NCBI GenBank assembly: GCA_963694385.1
Contig: CAVOCY010000002.1
Span: forward strand, 2,208 to 66,207
Source: Candidatus Altimarinota bacterium
GTDB taxonomy: Bacteria; Patescibacteriota; Gracilibacteria; Peribacterales; Peribacteraceae
DNA: 64,000 bases
Direction: 5' to 3'
A program made the translations under genes and the position numbers. Position 1 is the stretch's first letter; each line of letters starts with the position of its first letter. Positions 10,096 to 21,344 of this stretch are shown piece after piece. The notes under the pieces were generated by a model. It was given only the letters and a program-made list of their open reading frames with translations, was not told where the DNA came from and did not search any database.

Positions 10096-11919
<1,824 letters not shown>

Positions 11920-11921
11920 CG

Positions 11922-12701
11922 CTAATAGTACTGCGTCCCAAATAATTGTCGGCCCTTATATTTTGCAAACATCTGTAACATCTTCAATCCGCCTTTAGCG
12001 AGTACCTGTTTTCCAGTTGCTAGAGATTCACGAAAACTAGGCTTACTTACTCGCATCTTATGTCGTTTATGTTCCTGCCGAAGCTTTGTTAGCATTTCTT
12101 CTGGCGTGAGGATTTCATTATGCTTCACTTGGTTAAACGATGTTGTGTATTGGTCATACCCTTCAATGTGACTGTCTCCTCCTGCAATGAGTTTTAATCC
12201 ATATTGTCGTGCATATTGTTTTGCCGTCTTATTTATTCTCCTTGTCATTCTTCCATTACTCTCTACAAGTGGGTCGTGTCGGGCGAGTTCTTCTTGTGTC
12301 TTAAGCGAAAGCATCGTTGTACCTTCTGCTGTTGCTGGATGTGGGAGAATAACTTCAAGGTCCATTTCTCTTGCTAGGCCAACAAGCTCCACGGGAGAGA
12401 TATTAATTTCTCCAAAGATAGGATTTTGTGGATCTACTAGTGATTGGAGATGGTCATCGAAGAGACCTATTATTTTATTTCGTGGTCCACACACCAAAAT
12501 ATCTACACCATTTTTTGTTTTTACTTCGATTCCTCCTCCAATTCTATCTGAAGAGAATCTTCTGTGTGCATCAACAGTATTATGATCTGTAACGATTTGC
12601 TTGGTGTCGGTTAATCTTGCTATCGTATCGATTTGTTCAATTGTGAGTTCACCGTCACTTGCAGTGGAGTGGGCATGAGGATTGAATCTCTGCTTTATCA
12701 T
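11922..12701 (-). CDS. PHP-domain metal-dependent phosphoesterase
   Basis: N-terminal FNPHAHSTASDG (HxH...SDG) and a later GGDSH motif. Confidence 0.8.
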   Translation of the reverse strand: MIKQRFNPHAHSTASDGELTIEQIDTIARLTDTKQIVTDHNTVDAHRRFSSDRIGGGIEVKTKNGVDILVCGPRNKIIGLFDDHLQSLVDPQNPIFGEINISPVELVGLAREMDLEVILPHPATAEGTTMLSLKTQEELARHDPLVESNGRMTRRINKTAKQYARQYGLKLIAGGDSHIEGYDQYTTSFNQVKHNEILTPEEMLTKLRQEHKRHKMRVSKPSFRESLATGKQVLAKGGLKMLQMFAKYKGRQLFGTQYY

Positions 12702-12738
12702 ACTTTTTCATTATACTCTTTGGTATCCTGTTTTGCAT

Positions 12739-13473
12739 ATGGCCCTTCTCGAACTCAAAGACCTCTCCCTAACAATCGATGAGCATCAGATTCTTCAGAG
12801 TATTAGTTTCGATGTAGAAGAAGGGCAGATCATTGGACTTATTGGCCCAAATGGCTCTGGAAAGACGACACTCTTTAATGTGATCTCTGGTTTCTTAAAG
12901 TCTTCTGGAGGATCAATCAATTTACGGAATGAAGAGATCAGTGGACTGAGCCCTTCCCAGCGAGCCAAGAAGGGGATCGGTCGTGTGTTTCAGAACTTTG
13001 GAATATTTCGCGAAATGACATTAGAAGAAAATATTCTTGTAGCACTGGAGGCGCTACCCAAGGAGCAAAGAAAAGAGCTAGGACCTCTTAAAGAAGTAGT
13101 AGCTGGAACGCTGGATATGGTGGGACTATCTGATAGTGGCAAAAAGAAAGCAGGTTCACTTTCTGGTGGGCAGATGCGACTACTCGAAATTGCTCGTACA
13201 CTTAAGGCAGGTAAAGACTTGTTTCTTCTTGATGAACCAACTGCAGGGGTAAGCCCAAAGATGACGGGTCAGGTGGCTGACATCATCAAAGAATTAAAAG
13301 ATAACGGGAAGACAGTGCTTATCATCGAACACGACTTGCCATTTATTGCTTCTATCTGTGATGAGGTTGTTGTACTCGATGTTGGGAAAGTAGTGTTACA
13401 GGGGACACCTGCACAAGTAAAAGAATCCAAACAGCTTAAGGAGATCTATTTCGGGGCAGATCCAACGACATAA
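12739..13473 (+). CDS. livG: branched-chain amino acid-type ABC transporter ATP-binding protein (LivG-like)
   Basis: Walker A GPNGSGKTT, FNVISG, RVFQNFGIF, signature LSGGQMRLLEIAR, Walker B LLDEP. Confidence 0.9.
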   Translation: MALLELKDLSLTIDEHQILQSISFDVEEGQIIGLIGPNGSGKTTLFNVISGFLKSSGGSINLRNEEISGLSPSQRAKKGIGRVFQNFGIFREMTLEENILVALEALPKEQRKELGPLKEVVAGTLDMVGLSDSGKKKAGSLSGGQMRLLEIARTLKAGKDLFLLDEPTAGVSPKMTGQVADIIKELKDNGKTVLIIEHDLPFIASICDEVVVLDVGKVVLQGTPAQVKESKQLKEIYFGADPTT

Positions 13474-13571
13474 TTCACTTATTTATAATGATCTTGGATA
13501 TAATCGTTGATCAATTCTCTTGTACTTTTCAGCTTATCCGAGCAAAATGGCTTCCTATTCCCATTAAATCT

Positions 13572-14690
13572 ATGAAAAGACTTCTCGTTCCACTCTTTGC
13601 TCTCGGAATTCTTCTGAGCGCTTGTTCACCTGTTGCCGATGATGGAACAGGATCTATCAAAATTGGATATATTGGGCCTCTCACAGGAGAAGCTGCTTCT
13701 TATGGTAAAGACACACTTAACGGAGCAATGCTCGCTGTTAACGAAATTAACGAAGCTGGTGGTATTAATGGCCGCATGATCGAAATTATTGCTGAAGATG
13801 GACGCTGTACAGGTACAGATGCAGCTGGTGCTGCACAGAAACTTGTTAATGTTGATAAGGTTATCGCTATTATCGGAGGACAGTGTAGTGGTGAGACACT
13901 TGCTGCAGCTCCAATTGCAGAGGCTGCACAGGTGGTAATGATTTCTCCTATTAGCTCTAGTCCAGATGTTACTGTTGCTGGAGACTTTATCTTCCGTGAT
14001 TACCCAAGTGATGGATTAAAGACAAAGGCTATGGCTGGCTACTTTAAGAAAGAAGGAATTAACAAGATTGCAGCCATTACAGAGAACACAGACTTTGCAA
14101 TTGCATTCCGCGATGCGCTTAAAGAGAACATTGGTGATGCACTTGTCTTTGACGAAGTCGTAGAACCAGGGACAAAAGACTACCGTAGCCTTATGGCTCG
14201 CCTCAAAGACGAAGAGTTCGATGCATTCTTCCCGAACGGACAGACTCCAGCATCTATGGCTGCAATGATGGTACAACTTCGTGAGCAAGGGCTTACACAG
14301 CTCGCTATCTCTCACGATGTTGCACAAGATGCATCCATGTTTGAGATTGCTCCAGAGGCAGTAGAAGGATTATTGGCTATCGGAGTTCCTGCAGTTGATA
14401 GAGATTCTGACTTCGGACAAAAGTTCCTTGCTGAGCACGGAGAAGCACAAGGTGCTTTGTTCTTTGCAGCGCAGGCTTACGATGCAGCAAGACTCTTCGC
14501 TGATGCTATCGCAGAGGTAGGCACAGAAGGAGCTGCAATTCGTGATTATCTCTACGCTGTAGATTCATTTGATGGTGTTGTTGGTCCATTTGGATTTGAT
14601 GACAATGGTGATGTAACTGGCATTTCCTACGTACTATGGAAAGCTAGCAACGGAGCATTTACACAAGGTGAGGCAGTTCCTGTAAACTAG
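13572..14690 (+). CDS. Liv-type periplasmic substrate-binding lipoprotein
   Basis: MKRLLVPLFALGILLSAC lipobox, then IKIGYIGPLTGEAASYGKDTLNGAMLAVNEINEAGGING, which is typical of LivJ/K-family binding proteins. Confidence 0.85.
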   Translation: MKRLLVPLFALGILLSACSPVADDGTGSIKIGYIGPLTGEAASYGKDTLNGAMLAVNEINEAGGINGRMIEIIAEDGRCTGTDAAGAAQKLVNVDKVIAIIGGQCSGETLAAAPIAEAAQVVMISPISSSPDVTVAGDFIFRDYPSDGLKTKAMAGYFKKEGINKIAAITENTDFAIAFRDALKENIGDALVFDEVVEPGTKDYRSLMARLKDEEFDAFFPNGQTPASMAAMMVQLREQGLTQLAISHDVAQDASMFEIAPEAVEGLLAIGVPAVDRDSDFGQKFLAEHGEAQGALFFAAQAYDAARLFADAIAEVGTEGAAIRDYLYAVDSFDGVVGPFGFDDNGDVTGISYVLWKASNGAFTQGEAVPVN

Positions 14691-14697
14691 GAATTAG

Positions 14698-15579
14698 ATG
14701 ATTCAACTTATACTCAACGGACTTATCGCAGGTTCTCTCGCGGCACTCATGGCTGGAGGACTTGCTTTGGTATATGGAGTTCTAGGGGTGTTTAATATGG
14801 CACTTGGCCAGATGGCTTTAATAGGTGGATATTGCACATGGTGGCTGCATCAAGTTCTTCATTTGCCACTTGCACTGAGTATTGTTGGAGGCTTAACTAT
14901 TGCAGCATTTATTTCATGGATTGCCTTTGAGATCTTTATAAATCCTTTTTATAAGCGCCACAGGTTTCTTCCGCTGGTAACAACGATTGCACTCAGCATG
15001 ATATTAGATGGATTGATTTTGTTGTTCTTTGAAGAGAAACCTCGTGCAATCATGCCAGGGCTAAAGCACACATTTGAAGTATTTGGTGGTCGTATCAGTG
15101 TGGAGCAAGTAGCTCTGATTTCATTTACAGTCTTACTGATGATGGCATTGGCGTATGTTCTGCATTCCACAGCATTTGGACGAAAAATTCGTGCTGTTGT
15201 ACAGCATGATCATGCTGCAATGAGCTTAGGCATTCGTGCACCACTTTTGCATCGTTCAATATTTATTATGAGCGGAGTACTGGCAGGTCTTGGAGGAATT
15301 TACCTAGGAATAGACCAAAACCTTACTCCAGTCTTTGCATTTCCCATCACTATTAAAGCATATGCAGCTATTATTGCCGGAGGAAAAGGAAATATTTGGG
15401 GAGCGATTGTTTGTGCATATATAATTGCTCTATTAGAACAGTTCGTTGTTGGAGTGCATTGGTTCGGAGCATTTTATATCTCTGCTGGATACCAGCAAAC
15501 TGTCGCATTACTTTTTATTATTCTCTTCTTACTTTTTAGGCCTCAAGGCCTCTTTAGTTCGAAGGCACGCAGCGCATAA
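14698..15579 (+). CDS. livH: Liv-type ABC transporter permease (LivH-like)
   Basis: Polytopic membrane protein. It has MIQLILNGLIAGSLAALMAGGLALVYGVLGVFNMALGQ, typical of LivH. Confidence 0.85.
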   Translation: MIQLILNGLIAGSLAALMAGGLALVYGVLGVFNMALGQMALIGGYCTWWLHQVLHLPLALSIVGGLTIAAFISWIAFEIFINPFYKRHRFLPLVTTIALSMILDGLILLFFEEKPRAIMPGLKHTFEVFGGRISVEQVALISFTVLLMMALAYVLHSTAFGRKIRAVVQHDHAAMSLGIRAPLLHRSIFIMSGVLAGLGGIYLGIDQNLTPVFAFPITIKAYAAIIAGGKGNIWGAIVCAYIIALLEQFVVGVHWFGAFYISAGYQQTVALLFIILFLLFRPQGLFSSKARSA

Positions 15580-15581
15580 TT

Positions 15582-16436
15582 ATGGATTTCTATTGGCACA
15601 TTATCGCGATAGCATGCATGACCATTCCTCATGCGCTTGCCTATAACCTTGTCTTTGGAAAAGGGAAAATCTTACACTTCGGACCGATAGGGGTTTCTCT
15701 TGTAGCAAGTTATGCAGTAGTACTTACTGCGATGCACTCGGGTAGTTTTATTGCTGCTACGTTGGTTGGAATTCTTACAGTTGTACTACTATCTTTATTT
15801 TTAGCATGGCTTTCTTTGCGACTCGATCAAGATGCATTTGGAGTGATGACTATTGCAGTACATCTTTCTCTTCTTGCAGTTATCTTAAACTGGAATGGTC
15901 TGACGCGTGGCGCTCTAGGTATTCCTGGTGTTCCACGATTTAGCTTTCTTAGTTCTGTGCAAAGCTTTGCAATAGCAGCTGCAGTTATTTCTGCACTCTT
16001 TGTAATCGCATTACGATTGATCGACAAGAGTGCGTTTGGTCGTCAGTTGCAGGCTCTTGCAGAGCATGAGTGGCATGCAAAATCTTTAGGTATCAATAGA
16101 ACAAGGGCACATGTGATTGCCTTTCTCGTAGCTGGTGCTGGTGCGCTCGCCACTGCATTGCTTTTCCCTCAGTATTTAACATTCTTGCATCCGAATGACT
16201 ATCAGTATCCGTTCTTAGTATTCTTTATTACTATTGTAGTAGCGGGAAACCCAGGGTCTGTGTATGGAGTATTACTGTCTACAATTTTACTAACAGTACT
16301 TAAAGAGGCATTGCGGTTTTTACCTTTGCCTTCTGCGATGATGGGGCCGATTCGCCTTATTCTCTTTGGTGTAATCATGCTCGCTGTAGTCTATTGGCGC
16401 AGAGATACATTATTCCCAAAGCAGAGGAGTATTTAA
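15582..16436 (+). CDS. livM: Liv-type ABC transporter permease (LivM-like)
   Basis: Polytopic membrane protein placed directly after livH, with a GLTRGALGIPGVP motif. Confidence 0.85.
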   Translation: MDFYWHIIAIACMTIPHALAYNLVFGKGKILHFGPIGVSLVASYAVVLTAMHSGSFIAATLVGILTVVLLSLFLAWLSLRLDQDAFGVMTIAVHLSLLAVILNWNGLTRGALGIPGVPRFSFLSSVQSFAIAAAVISALFVIALRLIDKSAFGRQLQALAEHEWHAKSLGINRTRAHVIAFLVAGAGALATALLFPQYLTFLHPNDYQYPFLVFFITIVVAGNPGSVYGVLLSTILLTVLKEALRFLPLPSAMMGPIRLILFGVIMLAVVYWRRDTLFPKQRSI

Positions 16437-16441
16437 GAATA

Positions 16442-16470
16442 TTGACAAATATACAAAAACAATCTAATTT
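16442..16470 (+). promoter_or_regulatory. candidate promoter TTGACA-N17-TAATTT
   Basis: A perfect -35 at 16442-16447 and a weak -10 at 16465-16470, in the 297-nt spacer before pyrD. Confidence 0.25.
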
Positions 16471-16733
16471 AGTAATTGATGAAAGCAGAAAATCCAGGAG
16501 TACCGCAGGGGCAGGGTTCAGAGACAGAGTCATCAGATCAGATGACTCCAGTTCTAAATTTTCTAGCAATCAGAAGTATGCGTGTATTTAAAGAAGAGGG
16601 ACCCGAAGCTGGGTGGAGAAATGTTAGTGAAGTTATGCGATCTATTATTATAGCAACACATGAAAAAATGTTAGACAAGCAAGCTGAATGATCTAGTCGC
16701 ACACACCATCGGTTTACGGTACGATAACCATCG

Positions 16734-17678
16734 ATGAACCTCTCCCAAACAGTACTCGGCATCACCTTCGAAAATCCGACGGTGTTGGCTTCTGGTATTT
16801 TGGGAATTACGTCGTCCACATGGAAGGATGTTGCAAAAAAAGGAGCAGGAGGTATTACGACTAAATCTCTTTGGGCTAAAGAGCACAAGGGACATCCAAA
16901 CCCAACAATTATCGAAACAGATCATTGGATGCTTAATGCTGTAGGACTTCCTGACGCAGGTCCCGAGAAGGCAAAAGAAGAAATAAGTGACTACATGAAA
17001 GATCATCCAGTTCCACTGATCGCGAATATCGTAGCTGGACTTATCGAAGACTTTGCAAAGACTGCAGAGGAGCTAGCACCACTTGAACCTGATGCATTCG
17101 AAGTAAATATCAGCTGTCCAAATGTCGAAGATGAATTCGGAAAGCCATTCGCGTGCAGTGCACCTAATGCAGCTAAGGTTACCGCAGCAGTAAAGAAGGT
17201 GGCGGGAGACATTCCGATATTTGTAAAGCTATCGCCGAACGTTGATAACATCGGAGAGATAGCAAAAGCTTGCCAAGCAGCTGGAGCTGATGGGTTCACG
17301 ATGATCAACACTGTTGGCCCTGGTATGGCCATAGACTTACGCAGTCGCATGCCGATACTTGCCAATAAAGTTGGAGGGCTATCAGGTCCTGCAATAAAAC
17401 CCATTGCGGTGAAGTGCATTGCTGATGTTTATGCTGCTACCGATGGGAAGTGTCCGATCATCGGAACAGGAGGAGTGTATACCGGAGAAGATGCTTTGGA
17501 ACTGATGCTTGCTGGGGCAACACTTATTGGAATCGGATCTGCAATATCGCGGCATGGCGCAGAGGTCTTTGCAGAAGTTTGTGAGGGCATGCAGTACTGG
17601 TGTACGAATGAAGGAGTTGATGATATTGGTTCTATGGTAGGAGGAATGCATAAAGAACTTGCTTCCCGCAGTACATAA
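16734..17678 (+). CDS. pyrD: dihydroorotate dehydrogenase, class 1B catalytic subunit
   Basis: GITFENPTVLASGILG, NISCPNV, MINTVGP and GTGGVYTGEDALE. The stop overlaps the pyrK ATG (TAATG). Confidence 0.93.
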   Translation: MNLSQTVLGITFENPTVLASGILGITSSTWKDVAKKGAGGITTKSLWAKEHKGHPNPTIIETDHWMLNAVGLPDAGPEKAKEEISDYMKDHPVPLIANIVAGLIEDFAKTAEELAPLEPDAFEVNISCPNVEDEFGKPFACSAPNAAKVTAAVKKVAGDIPIFVKLSPNVDNIGEIAKACQAAGADGFTMINTVGPGMAIDLRSRMPILANKVGGLSGPAIKPIAVKCIADVYAATDGKCPIIGTGGVYTGEDALELMLAGATLIGIGSAISRHGAEVFAEVCEGMQYWCTNEGVDDIGSMVGGMHKELASRST

Positions 17679-18517
17679 TGTCTACGATTTCTCTTCAGTC
17701 TCGGCTTCCAAAGACGTATCGCATTAAGGCGATAACGCAGGAGACAGAAATGGTACGCACCTACACATTTGATGGGTCACTTGGGGCAAAGCCTGGTCAG
17801 TTTCTGATGCTGTGGCTTCCGGGAGTAGATGAAAAACCTTTTTCTGTAGCATTTGATGACGGATCAGAAACCAAAATTACTTTTTTTGCAGTAGGGCCGA
17901 TGAGTGAAGCACTGTCGAAATCCAAAGTAGGAGATCTTGTAGGGCTTCGAGGACCATTTGGAACATCATACGAATGGGAAGCAGGAGATCATATTGTGCT
18001 TGTTGCCGGTGGATATGGTGCAGCACCAATGTACTTTGTAGCATCGGAGGCAGTGAAACACGGTTGTACGCTTGAAGCGATTGTAGGAGCACGAGGGAAA
18101 GAACATTTGTTGTATCTCAAAGAACTCGAGTCACTTAAACACGTATCGCTTCATGTCTCTACTGATGATGGATCGATGGGACACAAGGGTTATAACACCG
18201 AAGTACTCGATCAACTCTTGGAAGCTGCTGGAAGTCCAGATGTGAAAGACCCTCCTATTGATAACATATTTGCCTGTGGCCCAGAGATGATGTTGAAATC
18301 GGTAATGACTGTCTCAAAAAAACATGGAGTTCCCTGCCAGCTTTCACTAGAGCGCTATATGAAATGTGGCTTTGGTATTTGTGGGAACTGTGTGATGGAC
18401 CCAACAGGAGCTAGGCTTTGCATAGAAGGCCCAGTGGTTTCTGGAGATGTCTGTGCAAAACTAACCGAGTTTGGTAAATACCACCGAGATGATATCGGCA
18501 AGAAGCATGAGTTCTAA
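17678..18517 (+). CDS. pyrK: dihydroorotate dehydrogenase electron-transfer subunit (FAD/2Fe-2S)
   Basis: Ferredoxin-reductase-like fold with a C-terminal CGFGICGNC cluster. It is translationally coupled to pyrD. Confidence 0.9.
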   Translation: MSTISLQSRLPKTYRIKAITQETEMVRTYTFDGSLGAKPGQFLMLWLPGVDEKPFSVAFDDGSETKITFFAVGPMSEALSKSKVGDLVGLRGPFGTSYEWEAGDHIVLVAGGYGAAPMYFVASEAVKHGCTLEAIVGARGKEHLLYLKELESLKHVSLHVSTDDGSMGHKGYNTEVLDQLLEAAGSPDVKDPPIDNIFACGPEMMLKSVMTVSKKHGVPCQLSLERYMKCGFGICGNCVMDPTGARLCIEGPVVSGDVCAKLTEFGKYHRDDIGKKHEF

Positions 18518-18925
18518 TTAAAATCGTATTGTCCGTTCTATCCAAATAACATCCATCTGCTTTCGTGATGTACGTGTCTGTTTTTTTGCTGCAGGCTGCT
18601 TTCGTACTACAACAGGAACACTTCGACATTGCTCAGTGCAGGCAGGCTGCTCATCATTTTGTCGAATGGTCCAGAGTGCATGTAGTCCAAATCCAATAAG
18701 CATCATCAGCATTCCAAATGCTAGCACACCTGCTGGATTACTAGATTCAATTGCTGCTGCAGGAAGTACTACTTCTTGATTAATCCACATAGGTTCTCCG
18801 GCCTGTTGTGTACCAAGGTATGCTCCTTGGTTAGTCGCACTAGCACTCAAAGACATTTGAGAGCCTATAGTAACCACGATGGCACCTAGAGCGATGAGCG
18901 ATGTACCTAATGTTTGTTTTGACAT
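18518..18925 (-). CDS. hypothetical membrane protein (signal or anchor, one internal TM, basic C-terminal tail)
   Basis: ORF with an N-terminal hydrophobic segment and an internal helix VLAFGMLMMLIGFGLHALW. I recognised no family. Confidence 0.55.
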   Translation of the reverse strand: MSKQTLGTSLIALGAIVVTIGSQMSLSASATNQGAYLGTQQAGEPMWINQEVVLPAAAIESSNPAGVLAFGMLMMLIGFGLHALWTIRQNDEQPACTEQCRSVPVVVRKQPAAKKQTRTSRKQMDVIWIERTIRF

Positions 18926-19007
18926 ATTACGTAAATATTATACAACAAAACAATAAAATATGCAATAAGTGGTATTTGTACAGCTTTTGTGGTTAAATCT
19001 TGCTCGT

Positions 19008-19082
19008 GGCCTCATCGTCTAGTGGTTAGGACGCCAGGTTTTCATCCTGGTAACAGGGGTTCAATTCCCCTTGAGGCTACCA
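19008..19082 (+). tRNA. tRNA-Glu (anticodon UUC), CCA encoded
   Basis: Cloverleaf read by eye. The acceptor stem is GGCCTCA/TGAGGCT (G1-U72), the D-arm is GTCTAGTGGTTAGGAC, and the anticodon stem-loop is CCAGG-TTTTCAT-CCTGG. The T-arm is GGGGTTCAATTCCCC, with discriminator A and then CCA. Confidence 0.93.
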
Positions 19083-19099
19083 CTCTTTACATCCTTGAT

Positions 19100-20668
19100 A
19101 TGAGCATCCTCAAGATATTGCGTTTCTGCCTGTATCTTCTTATAGCAGTCGCTGTAATAAAAGGGCTCTATCATCTTGTATCGCAAGCATGGTATTTCTT
19201 TGAGGGTGCTTACGCTGGGGATGCACAGTATTACTGGACAGTCGGAAGGGGAATGCTTAATGGTCGAGAGTTGTATTCTGATATTTTTGATACCAAGCCT
19301 CCTGGGATCTATCTACTCAGCGCACTTTCTTTATGGATATTCGGTAATGGTACATTAGGATTTTGGCTGAATGCTCTTATGGTTTTAGTGCTTCCGGTAT
19401 TGTTTTGCAGAGCTGCTTTACGGATGGCACAGAGCCTTCCAAGGAGCGGTAGATGGTGGTGTGTATTCCTTACGGGACTCTTTGGCATCGTGCTTACATT
19501 GTACTCAGCTTTTCAGGCTGAAGCATGGCAGGTGGAGTGGTATGGATCTTTCTTTGGTGTGTTGTACGCACTGAACGTCGCTAGTGCGCCATTAAAGCAA
19601 AGAAGGTGGAGCGAGCTTGCTCTCGGGATATTCTTGTTCTTGGCAATAGGCTTTAAAGAGCCGTTCTTCTTATCCCTCCTTGCTGTTGCCTTGCTCCTTC
19701 TTCCAACAAAGCGTCTGCTTGTGCAGCGGTTTGCACTGCCTATTGCCGGAGTAGCAATAGCAGGTGTAGTAGCAATGCTTGTATTTGGTTATCTTGATGG
19801 TTATATCTCTTTATATCTCCCTTCTCAGTTTGGTCATCATATAGGGCGTTCTATGCCCTTATGGATGCGGGGTATGCAGTTGGATTTACCGGTGAGGTAC
19901 CTTGCCCAGTTTTCTGTAATCTTTACTGTCCTTATCGGTGCGCTGATTGTGAGTACGTTTATACGGTCCGAGAATCTGCGCAGAAAACTTCTTATAGTTA
20001 TAGCCTTGTATATGACGTATACAGCTGCAAATCTTCGTGGCTATCCTGTGGCTAATCATTTTGTAGTGGCAGCACCTGTCTATACGGCGTTCTTTTTGTT
20101 GTTCCTTAAAAAGGAGATTGATAGCTGGGGAAAACATCCGCCCTATGAATTTTTAACTATGACATTGCTTTCGATCATGACAGTGCTCGTATTACCGATG
20201 ACTGATGGTATGCCAGTGTATGCGCAGAAACTTGCTGCTGGACGCGAGTCTGATCAGATATCAAAAGAAGTCGCCATTCGAATCGATGCTCTATTGAGTG
20301 CTTGTGATATCGATCAATACTTCTTTGTAGAAGAGAAGCCGTACATGCAGTTTACACAGCACTCTCCAGCAAACTTCTTTGTGTATACCGGCCCCGAGAG
20401 CATTGTGTATCACCATCCGCTCTTAATAGAAAAACAGTTACAATCATTCTCAACTGCAAAAATAGTAATTGCAAAAGGTGATGCGTATGAGATTAGCAAA
20501 CGCCTAGAAGAAAAGACTCTGTCAGAAATGACATTTCGGTATCTTGCCAATAACTTCATCATCACTCCGTGGAAGTGTGCAGAGGGGCTACAGTTTCCAG
20601 AGGGGTATTCTGTCCTCTTTCGAAAGGATGTAAATACAATGAAGCCGTTTCTATTTGAAATGAAATAA
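19100..20668 (+). CDS. GT-C fold glycosyltransferase (ArnT/PMT_2-like polytopic membrane protein)
   Basis: Roughly a dozen hydrophobic helices and a first-loop motif ELYSDIFDTKPPGIYLL. The start is set at ATG 19100 because the longer ORF runs through the tRNA. Confidence 0.7.
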   Translation: MSILKILRFCLYLLIAVAVIKGLYHLVSQAWYFFEGAYAGDAQYYWTVGRGMLNGRELYSDIFDTKPPGIYLLSALSLWIFGNGTLGFWLNALMVLVLPVLFCRAALRMAQSLPRSGRWWCVFLTGLFGIVLTLYSAFQAEAWQVEWYGSFFGVLYALNVASAPLKQRRWSELALGIFLFLAIGFKEPFFLSLLAVALLLLPTKRLLVQRFALPIAGVAIAGVVAMLVFGYLDGYISLYLPSQFGHHIGRSMPLWMRGMQLDLPVRYLAQFSVIFTVLIGALIVSTFIRSENLRRKLLIVIALYMTYTAANLRGYPVANHFVVAAPVYTAFFLLFLKKEIDSWGKHPPYEFLTMTLLSIMTVLVLPMTDGMPVYAQKLAAGRESDQISKEVAIRIDALLSACDIDQYFFVEEKPYMQFTQHSPANFFVYTGPESIVYHHPLLIEKQLQSFSTAKIVIAKGDAYEISKRLEEKTLSEMTFRYLANNFIITPWKCAEGLQFPEGYSVLFRKDVNTMKPFLFEMK

Positions 20669-20670
20669 AC

Positions 20671-20703
20671 AAAAAAGAGCGATCATATCCATCACTCTTT
20701 TTT
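20671..20703 (+). terminator. intrinsic terminator
   Basis: AGAGCGAT/ATCACTCT stem (one mismatch), loop CATATCC, with an A6 leader and a T-run trailer. Confidence 0.65.
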
Positions 20704-20739
20704 GTGTTTGTTTTGTCCGCTCTAAAGGACTTTCTCTAA

Positions 20740-21204
20740 TTAGTTAGAGAAATAGTTTGGTTGCCATATATCATCATTGATGTAGGCCTCAACACAACGT
20801 GTATATCGTGTCCCTGAATACACATCGCATTCACGTACACGCATACGGCGCTGAGCAGGAACACCACGAACAGTTCCTTGATCAGAAGCTGAATAGTGAG
20901 TAGTGATCCCTAGCTGACCTTCGCGATATTTGCGACGATTTGCTACATTCACTTCGGTACTAGATCGGCGAGGTGCTGTCAGCCTAAAAATAACTCCGTC
21001 TCTAACATCAAGGGTTTGACGTTCGCTACGTGAGCGAAAGATACCAGCTGCTTTACGCAGATTTGGCATATTTCGTACGATGTCGGAGTTTGGGTTGTGT
21101 CCTGAATAGGACACCATGTCAGCGCGCTGAGCGGATGAAGCGCCGACTACCATTCCAACAAGTACACCAAGTGCACCGATGACGTATGTTTGGCGATTAG
21201 CCAT
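20740..21204 (-). CDS. hypothetical secreted or anchored Arg-rich protein
   Basis: N-terminal hydrophobic segment YVIGALGVLVGMVVGASSA and a C-terminal Cys pair. No recognised family. Confidence 0.55.
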   Translation of the reverse strand: MANRQTYVIGALGVLVGMVVGASSAQRADMVSYSGHNPNSDIVRNMPNLRKAAGIFRSRSERQTLDVRDGVIFRLTAPRRSSTEVNVANRRKYREGQLGITTHYSASDQGTVRGVPAQRRMRVRECDVYSGTRYTRCVEAYINDDIWQPNYFSN

Positions 21205-21344
21205 AACTAGTTATGGGGAAAAAAATAAAATTTGTTTGTGCATAAAGTATTTTGTTTATGCATATATATTATAACATAATTAGTTATAATGTACAATACT
21301 CGGAATTGGCTTTATGCAGGGTAATTCTCTACTATATTGTCCAT

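Noticed and set aside
16490-16550. PyrR-binding attenuator upstream of pyrD
   Set aside because: There is only a loose resemblance (AATCCAGGAG) to the UCCAGAGAGG loop, and no pyrR gene is in the window. This is insufficient to call.
19008-19082. tRNA-Glu as an integration site for a genomic island
   Set aside because: There is no integrase, no direct repeat of the tRNA 3' end, and no phage or plasmid genes nearby. The flanking genes are ordinary chromosomal genes.
18989-19099. N-terminal 37 codons of the 559-aa ORF 18989..20668
   Set aside because: This stretch is simply the translation of tRNA-Glu (19008-19082). The real glycosyltransferase start is the ATG at 19100.
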